DNA of 64,000 nucleotides, taken from positions 317,163 to 381,162 of the forward strand of contig NZ_JADJCO010000003.1 in NCBI RefSeq assembly GCF_016703145.1, in the 5' to 3' direction. The notes beneath the pieces were generated by a model. That model was not told the DNA's origin, did not search any database, and saw only the letters and a program-made list of their open reading frames with translations. Below, piece by piece: positions 1-9,743 of this stretch. Each line of letters opens with the position of its first letter. Position 1 is the stretch's first letter. Source of the stretch: Ottowia sp. (GTDB lineage Bacteria > Pseudomonadota > Gammaproteobacteria > Burkholderiales > Burkholderiaceae_C). The position numbers and the translations under genes are program-made.

Positions 1-116
1 CAGCCCAGCGCGTCGTCGGGCCGGCGCTCCAGCTGCTGGCGCACCAGCGCCTCGGCCCGCGCGGGCTGGCCCTGCGCGAGCAGTTGCGCGGCGGGCCCGA
101 GCCCATCCTGGGCCAT
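1..116 (-). CDS. N-terminal fragment of a hypothetical protein (runs off the window)
   Basis: ATG at 116, five nt after the carboxypeptidase stop. MAQDGLGPAAQLLAQGQPARAEALVRQQLERRPDDALG stays open to position 1. Too short to assign a family. Confidence 0.3.
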   Translation of the reverse strand, partial: MAQDGLGPAAQLLAQGQPARAEALVRQQLERRPDDALG

Positions 117-121
117 GGGGC

Positions 122-1279
122 TTACTGGATCCAGAGGCGGATGGCGTCCCAGGCGCGGCCGAGGAAGCCGGCCTCCTCGACGCCTTCCAGCGCCACCAGC
201 GGCACCTCGGCCAGGAGCTGATCACCCTGCCGGATCTTCAGCGTGGCGACCGCCTGGCCCTGCTTGAAGGGCGCGATCAGCGGCTCGGGGCGGGCGATCT
301 CGGTCTTGACCTGGGCGGTGGTGCCGGTGGGCACGGCGACGACGATGGGCTCGGCGCGGCCCAGCTTCAGCTCGCTGGCCTGGCCCTTCCAGACGCGCGG
401 CGCGGCCACGGGCTTGCCGGCGTCGAACAGCTTGACGCCCTCGTAGGCGGTGTAGCCCCAGTTCAGCAGCTTCTGCGATTCGTTGGCGCGCGCGCTCTCG
501 CTGGCGGCGCCCAGCACCACCGACAGCAGGCGGCGCCCGCTCAGGTTGGGGAAGTCGCGCTTGGCGGTGGCCACCAGGCAGTAGCCGGCGGCCTTGGTGT
601 GGCCGGTCTTCAGGCCATCGACGGTGGGGTCGCGCAGCAGCAGCAGGTTGCGGTTGGTGTCGTTGCTGGCGGGGGTGCCGGGGTAGCGGTACTTCTTGAT
701 GGTGTAGTAGTGCACGTACTCCGGGAAGTCCTGCAGCAGCCGCGCCGACAGCACGGCCAAGTCGCGCGCGGTGGTGGTGTGGCCGGGCTCGGTCAGGCCC
801 TCGACGTTGCGGTAGCTGGTGTTCTTCAGGCTCAGGGCCTTGGCCTGGTCGTTCATGAGCTGCACGAAGCGCTCGACCGAGCCGGCCACGCCCTCGGCGA
901 GCGCCACGGTGGCATCGTTGCCGGATTGCACGATCATCCCTTTGATCAGGTCTTCCACCGGCACCTGCATCTTGGGGTCGATGAACATGCGCGAGCCGGG
1001 CATCTTCCAGGCGCGCTGGCTGACGGGCATGGTCTGGGTCAGCGCGATCTTCTTGGCGCGCAGGGCATCGAACACCAGGTAGGCCGACATCAGCTTGGTC
1101 AGCGACGCCGGCTCGACCGGCGCGTCGATGTCCTTGGCGGCCAGGATTTGCCCGGCCGTCACGTCCATCACCAGGTAGGCCTTGGCCGCCACCTCGGGCG
1201 GCTGCGGCGCCTGGGCGCGGGCGGCGAGCGAGGCGGCGGCGAGGGTGAGGGCGGCGAGCGTCTGGAGGAAGCGGTTCAT
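122..1279 (-). CDS. Serine-type D-alanyl-D-alanine carboxypeptidase (PBP5/6 class)
   Basis: Signal peptide MNRFLQTLAALTLAAASLAARAQA. SxxK (ASLTKLM), SxN (QSGNDA) and KTG (LKTGHT) motifs. Start trimmed from the 535-aa track ORF to the in-frame ATG at 1279. Confidence 0.9.
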   Translation of the reverse strand: MNRFLQTLAALTLAAASLAARAQAPQPPEVAAKAYLVMDVTAGQILAAKDIDAPVEPASLTKLMSAYLVFDALRAKKIALTQTMPVSQRAWKMPGSRMFIDPKMQVPVEDLIKGMIVQSGNDATVALAEGVAGSVERFVQLMNDQAKALSLKNTSYRNVEGLTEPGHTTTARDLAVLSARLLQDFPEYVHYYTIKKYRYPGTPASNDTNRNLLLLRDPTVDGLKTGHTKAAGYCLVATAKRDFPNLSGRRLLSVVLGAASESARANESQKLLNWGYTAYEGVKLFDAGKPVAAPRVWKGQASELKLGRAEPIVVAVPTGTTAQVKTEIARPEPLIAPFKQGQAVATLKIRQGDQLLAEVPLVALEGVEEAGFLGRAWDAIRLWIQ

Positions 1280-1319
1280 GGGGCGTGGGAATCGGATCGG
1301 GCCAAGGCCGGGGGGCTCG

Positions 1320-1970
1320 TCAGGCGCGCATGTGGCGCGCGACCAGCGACTTGAGCAGCGGCAGCTGCCCATGGAAGAAATGCTCGCCGCCAGGCACCAC
1401 GGTGACCGGCAGCGCCTGTGGCCGCGCCCAGTCCAGGACCGAGGCCAGCGGCACGGTGTCGTCGTGCTCGCCGTGCACCACCAGGGTGTGCGGGTGCAGG
1501 TCGACGGGCACCGGCGCGACGGCGAAGCGCGACGCGGCGGTGCCGACCAGCACCGCGCGGGCGATGGCGCGATCGGCGTGCAGCGCGGCGATGGCGTGCG
1601 TGGCGACGAAGGCGCCGAAGGAGAAGCCGCCGATCGCCAGCGGCGCGTCCGCCGGCGCGGCCTGGGCGACCACGGCCAGCATGTCCTCGGCCTCGCCGCG
1701 GCCCTCGTCGTAGGCGCCGGCGCTGGCACCGACGCCGCGGAAATTGAAGCGCACCGCGCGCCAACCGCACTGCACGCAGGCGCGCGCGATGGTTTGCACC
1801 ACCTTGTTGGTCATGGTGCCGCCGAACCGCGGATGGGGGTGGGCGATGACGGCGGTGCCCAGCGGCGCCGTGAACTGATCGGGCGCGGGCACGTCCAGCA
1901 GCGCCTCGATGGCGCCGGCCGGCCCGTGCAGGATCAGGGGTTGGGTCAGGGGTTGGGTCAGGGCGTTCAC
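1320..1970 (-). CDS. Alpha/beta-fold hydrolase (COG2945-like)
   Basis: 216-aa ORF. HPHPRFGGTM and nucleophile elbow GGFSFGA; length is typical of this small hydrolase family. Confidence 0.75.
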   Translation of the reverse strand: MNALTQPLTQPLILHGPAGAIEALLDVPAPDQFTAPLGTAVIAHPHPRFGGTMTNKVVQTIARACVQCGWRAVRFNFRGVGASAGAYDEGRGEAEDMLAVVAQAAPADAPLAIGGFSFGAFVATHAIAALHADRAIARAVLVGTAASRFAVAPVPVDLHPHTLVVHGEHDDTVPLASVLDWARPQALPVTVVPGGEHFFHGQLPLLKSLVARHMRA

Positions 1971-2040
1971 TATGCTATTTAAATTATAGCTATCGGCGTA
2001 TGTTTCGCGCGGGCTGGGGCTCGAAAAAGCTTGTAAACGC
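1971..2040 (+). repeat. Dispersed ~60-70 bp repeat, copy 1
   Basis: TATGCTATTTAAATTATAGCTATCGGCGTATGTTTCGCGCGGGCTGGGGCTCGAAAAAGCTTGTAAA. Intergenic, between the hydrolase start and the ferredoxin stop. Confidence 0.75.
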
Positions 2041-2054
2041 CGGCTCGGGGCGAG

Positions 2055-2387
2055 TCAGCGGCCGAGGTGTGACGGCGTCAGCAGGCGCTCGACCACGCGG
2101 CCGTGCTTGAGGTGCGACTCGACGATCTCGTCGATGTCGCCGTGGTCCAGGTACGTGTACCACACCGCCTCGGGGTAGACCACGGCCACCGGCCCGCCGG
2201 CGCAGCGGTCCAGGCAGCCGGCCTTGTTGACCCGCACCCGGCCCGGCCCGGCCAGGCCCTCGGCCTTGACGCGCGCCTTGCAGTGGTCGAACGCGGCCTG
2301 CGCGCCGTGGTCGGCGCAGCAGGCTTCGCCGTTGTCGCGCTGGTTCAGGCAGAAGAAGATGTGGCGCTGGTAGTACGACGAACTCAT
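2055..2387 (-). CDS. Thioredoxin-like [2Fe-2S] ferredoxin
   Basis: 110 aa. HIFFCLNQRDNGEACC ... AGCLDRCAGGPVAVVYPEAVWY Cys pattern, typical of this ferredoxin class. Confidence 0.8.
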   Translation of the reverse strand: MSSSYYQRHIFFCLNQRDNGEACCADHGAQAAFDHCKARVKAEGLAGPGRVRVNKAGCLDRCAGGPVAVVYPEAVWYTYLDHGDIDEIVESHLKHGRVVERLLTPSHLGR

Positions 2388-3502
2388 GCGTCGATTCTAG
2401 GCGCCGCCCCCTCGCCGCGCCGCGCCAGGCGCACGATCAGGTAGACGAATGCGACGTAGGGCCACAGCCAGCCCACCCACTGCGCCAGCCCGTGGAAGTG
2501 GATGAAGCGCCCCTGCTCCCAACTCTGCAGCGTGGACGCGAAGTACGCGCTCTGCGGCGCCGCGTTGAGCAGCGCCAACTGCCCCATCAGCACCGCCATC
2601 AGCAGCACCACGCAGACCCGGGCCGGCAGGGGCAGCAGCAGGATGGCGGCCAGCGCGGCAGCCGGCAGGCCCAGCCGCACGGGCTCGCTGATCCAGGCCC
2701 AGGCGTACAGCGGCCCATAGGTCAGCGCCGCCGACAGCGCCGACGCCGCCACGCCCGCGGCCAGCGCCAGCAGCGCGAACAGCGCGCGCCGGCCCCGGTG
2801 CTGGATCACGGTGTAGCCCAGCAGACAGGGCACCAGCGCGCCCAGGGCGACGCAGGCCGTCTCGACGCCGGGCAGCAGCGGCTGCAGCTCGATCTCGCGC
2901 ACCGGCAGCCATTCCAGGAACGGCGTGTCCTGCAGCAGCGTGGCCAGGCCTTCCTCGGCGCGCTCGAACACCTGCCCCAGGCCGAAGGCGACCGGCGCTG
3001 GAAACAGCAGGCCCAGCGGCCACAGCGCCAGCAGCACCAGCGCCCCGCGCGAGTCGCGCACGAACCAGCGCGCGCGCAGGCGCCGCCAGCGGTCGATGGC
3101 GCCCAGCCGCTCCAGCACGAAGGCCGCCAGCGCGCCCAGGGCGCCACCGGCGGCGTTCAGCGCCAGGTCCAGGTTGGACGCCACGCGCAGCGGCAGGTAG
3201 GACTGCAGGCCCTCCAGCGTGAAGGACAGCAGCGCCGCCGCCAAGCTGGCCAGCGTCACCGCCGGCCAGCCGCGCCGCATGCGCATCAGCGCCAAGGCCA
3301 GCAGAAAGCCCAGCGGCGCGTAGCCGACCAGGTTGGCGACCAGGTCGAAGCGCGTCCAGTACTGCGGCAGCGGCGCGCTCAGGTAGGCCCAGGGCGCGAT
3401 GCCCTGGTCGCGCCAGCCGGTGAAGGGAAACAGGCTGGCATAGCCGATCAGCGTGGCGTAGAGCAGCGCCAGCGGCAGGGCGGCGGACTTGTGGCGTTGC
3501 AT
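2384..3502 (-). CDS. VanZ-like integral membrane protein
   Basis: Polytopic hydrophobic protein beginning MQRHKSAALPLALLYATLIGYASLFPFTGWR (VanZ-like N-terminus). Start trimmed to ATG 3502 (M76 of the track ORF). Confidence 0.55.
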   Translation of the reverse strand: MQRHKSAALPLALLYATLIGYASLFPFTGWRDQGIAPWAYLSAPLPQYWTRFDLVANLVGYAPLGFLLALALMRMRRGWPAVTLASLAAALLSFTLEGLQSYLPLRVASNLDLALNAAGGALGALAAFVLERLGAIDRWRRLRARWFVRDSRGALVLLALWPLGLLFPAPVAFGLGQVFERAEEGLATLLQDTPFLEWLPVREIELQPLLPGVETACVALGALVPCLLGYTVIQHRGRRALFALLALAAGVAASALSAALTYGPLYAWAWISEPVRLGLPAAALAAILLLPLPARVCVVLLMAVLMGQLALLNAAPQSAYFASTLQSWEQGRFIHFHGLAQWVGWLWPYVAFVYLIVRLARRGEGAAPRIDA

Positions 3503-3518
3503 GGCGCCGGCGCGGCCC

Positions 3519-3947
3519 CTAGAACGGCTTGACCACGACCAGGACCACGGCCGCCACGAGCAGCAGCACCGGCAGCTCGTTGAACCAGCGGAACCACGCA
3601 TGGCCGCGCACCGGCAGGCGTTGCTGGAAGCGCCGCAGCAGGCGCCCGCAGTCGGCGTGGTAGGCGACGAGCGCCGCCACGACCAGCAGCTTGGCGTGCA
3701 TCCAGCCGTTGCCAGGGCCTCGGCCAAGGCCGTAGCCCAGCCACAGCACCAGGCCCAGGGCCAGCGCCGGCACGGCCAGCAGGGTCATGAAGCGGTGGAG
3801 CTTGCGCGCCATCAGCAACAGGCGTTCGCGCTCGGCCACCGATTCGGGCGGCACCATCGCAAGGTTGACGAAGAGGCGCGGCAGGTAGAAAAGACCAGCG
3901 AACCAGCTGGCGACGAAGACGATGTGGAATGCCTTGACCCAGAGCAT
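3519..3947 (-). CDS. hemJ: Protoporphyrinogen IX oxidase HemJ (UPF0093/CopD-like membrane protein)
   Basis: MLWVKAFHIVFVASWFAGLFYLPRLFV ... WMHAKLLVVAALVAYHADCGRLLRRF ... FRWFNELPVLLLVAAVVLVVVKPF matches the HemJ family end to end. Start at M14 of the track ORF. Confidence 0.75.
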   Translation of the reverse strand: MLWVKAFHIVFVASWFAGLFYLPRLFVNLAMVPPESVAERERLLLMARKLHRFMTLLAVPALALGLVLWLGYGLGRGPGNGWMHAKLLVVAALVAYHADCGRLLRRFQQRLPVRGHAWFRWFNELPVLLLVAAVVLVVVKPF

Positions 3948-6296
3948 TCGTCGAGTGTAGCCAGCCGCGGGGAAAAGGCCCGCCAAGCTGGCGCTGGCGA
4001 AGTTCGGGCCGCGCCCGCTCGATCATCGATCCGCGCGCCCTTGGACCCACATGCATACTGGCGCATGGTCGACGCTTCAGTCCCTGCCTCCAGAATTCAG
4101 AAGGCCCGAAGCACCCGCATCGTGGGCGTGGGTGCGTCCGCGGGTGGACTGGAACCGCTGGAACAGTTCATCTCCGGGGTTCCTACCGCCAGTGGCCTGG
4201 CCTATGTGGTCGTCCAGCACATGGACCCGACACACAAGGCCTTGCTGGGCGAGTTGCTGCAGCGGGTCACCGCGATGCCGGTGCATGAAGTGAGGGACGC
4301 GCAGCGCATCGAGCCCGATGTCGTGTACGTCATCCCCCCCAACACCGAACTCACGGTGGTCGAGGGCATGCTCCATCTGGCGAGCCCCTCGCAGTTGCAC
4401 GGACGGCGCTTGCCGATCGATGTGCTGTTCAGTTCACTGGCGCGGGAACTCGGCGACCGGGCCATCGGCGTCGTCCTGTCGGGCATGGGGTCGGACGGCA
4501 CGCTGGGGCTGCAGGCCATCCAGTCGCAAGGCGGCCTGACCCTGGCGCAGCAACCCGATTCAGCCCAGTTCGACGCCATGCCCAAAAGCGCCATCGCGGC
4601 CGGCTGCGTCGACATCGTCGCGCTGCCGGGCGAGATGCCGGCACGCATTCTGGGCGTCGCGGGCGCGCCGGCCGCGAGCGGGCCGGGGCTGCCCGAAGCG
4701 GGCGATCACGCGGCGGCACTGAACAGCATTCTGGGGCTGTTGCACGACCGCACCCGGCACGACCTCGCGGACTACAAGCCCAACACCCTCGTGCGCCGCA
4801 TCGGCCGCCGCATGGCGGTGCATTCCCTGGACACGATGACGGCCTACGCCGCCTTCCTGCGTCACAACACACAGGAGCTGGACCTGCTGTTCAAGGAGAT
4901 GCTGATCGGCGTCACCACCTTCTTTCGCGACCCCGAGGTCTGGCAGGAACTCCGGGACCAGGTTCTGCCGACCCTGCTCGCGCGCCATGCTGCAGCGGGC
5001 AACGGACCCCTGCGCGCCTGGGTGGTGGGTTGTTCGACTGGCGAGGAAGCCTACTCGCTGGCCATCACCTTCGCGGAGGTCCTGGAGTCGATGCCGCAAC
5101 GTGCTTCTTGCGAGCTGCAGATCTTCGCGACCGATCTGAACGCCGACGCGATCGCCGCGGCGCGCAACGGCCGCTTTGCCCCGACGATCACCCGGGATTT
5201 GACCCCCGCACGGTTGGCGAAGTTCTTCACCGAGCGGCCCGACGGCTACCAGATCGACAAGCGCATCCGCGACATGGTGCTGTTCGCCCAGCACGACGTG
5301 ATCCTCGATCCGCCGTTCACGCGCCTGGACATCCTGTCGTGCCGCAACCTGATGATCTATTTCAGCGCCGCCCTGCAACGGCGCCTGGTGCCGCTGTTCC
5401 ACTACAGCCTGCGCCACGGCGGTGCCTTGCTGCTGGGCAATTCGGAGACCGTCGGCCGTGCGCAGACGCTGTTCATTCCTCTCTCGCCAAAGTCCAGGCT
5501 CTTCTGGCGCGGCGACAATGCCGGTGCCGTCGACGCCATGGTCTTTCCGACCCACCGACGTCCCGCCTCGCCATCGGCGACGCAGGAGTCCACTGTGCCC
5601 GCATTGAATCCTCCTCTGGTCAACCTCCAATCCGTGGCCGACCAACTGCTCCTGCAGACGTTTTCGCCGCCGGCGGTGCTGGTCAACGACGGGGGCGACA
5701 TCGTCTACATCAGCGGACGCACCGGCCGCTATCTGGAGCCCGCGGCGGGCAAGGCGAACTGGAACATCCATGTGATGGCGCGGCCCGCCATTCGCACGCA
5801 ACTGGCGATTGCCTTGAGGACCGCGTTGCAAGACAAGACCCCGGTTCAGTTGCGCGGGCTGCGGCTCGATGATGAAACGACGGCCACGGTGGACATCACG
5901 GTGCAGGCCGTTCTGCAGCCCAAGTCCTTCGACGGCATGGCGATGATCGTCTTTCGCGATGCGGCCCTGCCGCCCAAGCGGCGCGGGCGGCTCGCCAAGT
6001 CGGCGGGCCCCGCGAACACGAGCGTGGAGGACGAGTTGGTTCGCGCACGCGCGGAGATCCAGGCGCTGCGGCAGGAGATGCGGGCGTCGCAGGAGGAACT
6101 GCAGGCGGCCAACGAGGAACTGCAATCGACGAACGAGGAACTGCAGTCGGCCAATGAGGAACTGACGACCTCCAAGGAAGAGGCGCAGTCGATGAACGAG
6201 GAACTGCAGACGATCAATGGCGAGTTGCAGTCGAAGCTCGATGACCTGGCGCTGTCGCAGAGCGACATGCAGAACCTGCTGAACAGCACCGACATC

Positions 6297-7735
6297 GGGC
6301 CTGTCTGAATTTTTGTGTTCGAGGCGGTTGGTTGATCTGCTCTCGATTGATTTCTCTTCTGTCTTCAGGCCCCTGCCGGTCGCGGCGCGGTGAGCCTGTA
6401 TTCTGGTTCCAACCTCCTTGCTGGCGCCATGGGTCGGCTGCGTGAAGCGATCTTCGTGGGTATCGCGAACTGGTTCTCGCCTCCTTCAATCCTTGGCTGC
6501 CCGTCCCCAGTCGGCCGTTATGTTGCGCAGCGCCAGCCAGATCAGCTTGGAGGCCGCATCGTCACTGGGGTGTCCCCGTGTCTTGATGATCTTGCGCAGT
6601 CGCGCGTTGATGCTCTCGATGGCGTTGGTCGTGTAGATCACCCGGCGGATGGACGGTGGAAATGCAAAGAACGGAATCACCGGTCCCCGCCCGACGCCAG
6701 GCCGCCACCACGGTGGGAACTTGACGCCCACGGGCCTTGAGCGAAGGCGTCGAGTTCGGCCTCGGCCGCCTCTGCGCTGGCGGCCGTGTAGATCGGCCTG
6801 ATGGCCGCCGCCAGCAACTTGCGATCCTTCCAACTGGCGTAGTCAGGGGTTGCGAATCAGGTGCACGATGCGTCTGGCGTGGTGGCCGGGTACACCGCCG
6901 CCAGCGCTTCGGGCATGCCCTTCAAGCCGTCGGTGACGGCAATGAGGATGTCATTGACCCGCGGGTCTTCAAGTCGTTGAACACCTTCATCCAGAACTTG
7001 GCGCCTTCGGTGCCCTCGATCCAAGCCCAGGATGTCGCGCGTGCCATCGGGCAACACGCCCAGCGCCAGGTAGATCGCCTTGTTGCGGACCACGGCATCC
7101 TCACGAATCTTGACCCGCAGGGCGTCGAAGAAGACCACCGGGTACATCGGCTCCAGCGGGCGCGCCTGCCAGGCGGTGACCTCGGCCATGACGGCGTCGG
7201 TGACCGAACTGATGAACTCGGGCGACACCTCCACGCCGTAGCTCTCCAGCAGGAAGCCCTGGATCTCGCGCATGGTCAGGCCGCGCGCGTACATGGCCAC
7301 GATCTTGTCGTCGAAGCCGGTGAAGCGGCGTTCGTGCTGGGGATGAGCACCGGCTCGAAGGAGCCGGCGCGGTCGCGCGGGACTTCGATGCGCAGCGGCC
7401 CATCGTCGGTCAGCAGGTCTTGGCGCTGCGGCCGTTGCGCTGGTTGGCAGTGCCGGCCTCGGGCTTGCTCGCGCCATTCGGGTAGCCCAAATGGTGCGAC
7501 ATCTCGGCACCCAGGGCGCGCTCGATCAACGCCTTCTTGAATGCCACCGTCGCCGCGTTCACGGCATCGCCGGTCATGGGCCCCGAGACGAACTGGTCAA
7601 TCAGCTCCTTCGGGATCGACGGCAGCGCCGCCATCTTGGCGGCGATCGCCGCGTTCTTCATCTTCGTCTTGCTCGTCGGCATACATGTTCCTGGTCGTCA
7701 TGCTATGCCTCGAACACAAAATTCAGGACAGGCTC
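6297..7735 (-). mobile_element. IS256-family insertion sequence, degenerate copy 1 (1439 bp)
   Basis: Terminal inverted repeats GGGCCTGTCTGAATTTTTGTGTTCGAGGC (6297-) and GCCTCGAACACAAAATTCAGGACAGGCTC (-7735). 8-bp direct duplication CCGACATC at 6289-6296 and 7736-7743. Confidence 0.85.
6486..7682 (-). pseudogene. IS256-family (mutator-type) transposase, multiple frameshifts
   Basis: The product is spread over three track ORFs: 7410..7682 (MPTSKTKMKNAAIAAKMAALPSIPKELIDQFVSGPMTG...), 6857..7510 and 6486..6833 ([30 protein letters not shown]). Confidence 0.85.
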
Positions 7736-8105
7736 CCGACATCGCCACGCTGTTCCTCGATAGCGACCTCAACGTGCGGCGCTTCACCGAGCAGATCGCC
7801 CGCGTGGTGCATCTGCGTGAAGGCGACATCGGCCGCCCCTTGAGCGAACTGGCGAACACCTTGATCTATCCGGAACTTCATGCTGACGTGAAAGAGACGC
7901 TGCGCACCCTGGCCTTCAGCGAGAAGCAGGTCGCCACCACCGATGGCCATTGGTACACCGTGCGCATCATGCCCTACCGCACCCTGGCCAACGTGATCCG
8001 GGGCGTGGTGATCACTTTTGTGGACATCACGGCCGCGAAAGAACTCGAGTCCCGCCTGCGCAAGGCGTAGAGTGAGGGTTGCGCAGTCCTGCGCAGAAAG
8101 CCGAT

Positions 8106-8699
8106 ATGTCCCATCGCGACCTCGAATCCACGCCGCTGACCGACCTTCGGTTCCGAGCGGCGAGCCGGCTGGCAGGCGTCGATGGGGCACAGGGCGGGGC
8201 GGCCTGGGCCACCGACGCGCTGGCGGTGCTCCATGCGTTGGCATCGTCCCCCGACACCGCGGCCGATGCGCTGGCCTTGCTTCACGAGCTGCAAGTCCAT
8301 CAGGTCGAAGTGGACCTGCAGGCCGAGGAGCTGCGGGCCTCGCGCGGCGAATTGGAGGCGGCGCTGCGGCGGCAGATCGAACTCTATGATTTCCAACCCG
8401 TCGGCTGCTTCTCCCTGGACGACCATCTGATGATCCGCGAAGCGAATCTGATGGGCGCAAGAATGCTCGGGGTCGAGCGCGATGAAGCCTGTGGGCTGGC
8501 CATCGACACATTTTTCACGGCCAGCAGCTTGCGTGCGCTGCGAGACTTGATCGCCGGCGCGCGCGAGCGCGGTCACGCGTCTGGCACGCTCAAGTGGCGT
8601 CACGCCAGCGGGCTTGAGCAGGCGGTCCGCATGGAAGCGGCGCTTGCCCCCTCTGGCGGCGCGTGCCTGGTGGCGCTGATGCGCATCGAGGGCGCCTGA
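8106..8699 (+). CDS. PAS-domain protein with N-terminal coiled coil
   Basis: LQVHQVEVDLQAEELRASRGELEAALRRQIELYDFQPVGCFSLDDHLMIREANLMGARMLG is the usual coiled-coil-PAS partner found downstream of CheB/CheR-PAS genes. ATG at 8106 is preferred over the track start at 8079. Confidence 0.6.
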   Translation: MSHRDLESTPLTDLRFRAASRLAGVDGAQGGAAWATDALAVLHALASSPDTAADALALLHELQVHQVEVDLQAEELRASRGELEAALRRQIELYDFQPVGCFSLDDHLMIREANLMGARMLGVERDEACGLAIDTFFTASSLRALRDLIAGARERGHASGTLKWRHASGLEQAVRMEAALAPSGGACLVALMRIEGA

Positions 8700-9115
8700 G
8701 AGGCCGCCACGGCAGGCGGCTGACCTGCCACGTGGGATGGCGTGGGGGCTGGTCAGCGATCGCTGGTCGGCCAACGTCGAAGCATGCGGGGCACGATCAT
8801 GGCGACACGCGGGCCACCGTTCGTGGTCTTGTGAATGATGCGGTTCGATCCATGCACCTTGGGCGCAGGTGCATCTTCCGTCGTGAAGTCGCCTTGCTGC
8901 CGTGGGAGGTCCTTGCCCTTGGAGGCGAGCGTGAGAATGGGGCGGATCATGGGGGAGCCTTTGGGAGTGAGGCGGTGCACTGCGCTGCACCCGCGGCCAG
9001 GCGCTGCAACCGGCGACGCCGTTCGCCATATCGCCTGGGTTCTGGTTGTATCCATGCCCTGGGTCTTCGTCTGTGTGCTGCCGCACGGAGGCAAGCGCGA
9101 GTGGTTTGCCGCGCG

Positions 9116-9574
9116 TCAGTCCAGATAGGGGAGGAAATGCGGCACCACCTCGTGAAGAAACGAAATCTCGCGTGCCGCGATCGTCCGGGTCTCCACGTCG
9201 AAATGGATGAAGGCGCCATACGGTGTTCCGCATTCGTGCGTCAGCAACTGCCCGTAGTACGACTCGACCAAGCTGGCGTGCGGTAGAAGCGCGAAGCGGC
9301 GGTCGGTGGAAGCGTGGCTGATCACCCTCTCGCCCTGCTGCATCACGAACTGGCAGAAGCTGCGGCTCAGTGGCAGGACCATCGGCCAGGCACGGTATTC
9401 CGCATGACGATCGAAGATGTGGACCGCACGCATGGCGTTCCCGCTGAGCTTGTAGATTCCGCTGTAGCGATAGGCTGCTCGGTCATTCAGCAGTGCCAGG
9501 GCGCGCAGCACCCCGCGCGTGGACAGAACGCGGTGGACCACGGCCTTCTGGGTGGCCAAGTCGATCTCGAGCAT
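9116..9574 (-). CDS. GAF-domain protein (small, single domain)
   Basis: 152 aa starting MLEIDLATQKAVVHRVL. Pattern YRYSGIYKL...HIFDRH...FCQFVMQQGE resembles small GAF sensor proteins. Assignment is by recollection of the family only. Confidence 0.5.
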   Translation of the reverse strand: MLEIDLATQKAVVHRVLSTRGVLRALALLNDRAAYRYSGIYKLSGNAMRAVHIFDRHAEYRAWPMVLPLSRSFCQFVMQQGERVISHASTDRRFALLPHASLVESYYGQLLTHECGTPYGAFIHFDVETRTIAAREISFLHEVVPHFLPYLD

Positions 9575-9743
9575 GTGAGGGGTCCTGGTGAACAAAACCC
9601 CACGGTATCGCGCAGGCTGGAATCGTCTGTGCGCTGCCGAACGTACGAGCGCCGGCGGGCGGGTGCGGCGCAAGATGTGTTCGACAGCGTACAGATCAAG
9701 CTACATTTGTTTCCATGATGGCCCTTCATCGGATCGGCTCGCC

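Larger units (their letters stand above)
4065..8070 (+). pseudogene. CheB-methylesterase / CheR-methyltransferase / PAS fusion sensor gene, split by an IS256-family insertion
   Basis: CheB part GVGASAGGLEPL, CheR part VVGCSTGEEAYSLA, and a coiled coil (NEELQSTNEELQSANEEL). The frame ends ...LLNSTDI at 6296. It resumes in frame as ATLFLDSDLNVRRFTEQ... at 7744 and stops at 8070. Removing 6297..7743 restores one ORF. Confidence 0.85.

Noticed and set aside
6040-6260. A periodic DNA repeat, GAGGAACTGCA(A/G)TCG.C.AA.GAGGAACTG, that looks like a tandem array.
   Set aside because: It encodes the heptad coiled coil (EELQAANEELQSTNEELQSANEELTTSKEE...) that is standard in CheB/CheR-PAS proteins. It has no spacers or direct-repeat architecture, so it is not a CRISPR array or a satellite.
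8753-9094. A 113-aa ORF (or its 65-aa internal version MIRPILTLASKGKDLPRQQGDFTTEDAPAPKVHG...) in the 415-bp gap between the PAS and GAF genes.
   Set aside because: It has no Shine-Dalgarno sequence and no family I recognise, and its composition looks like a shadow frame. The gap is left unannotated.
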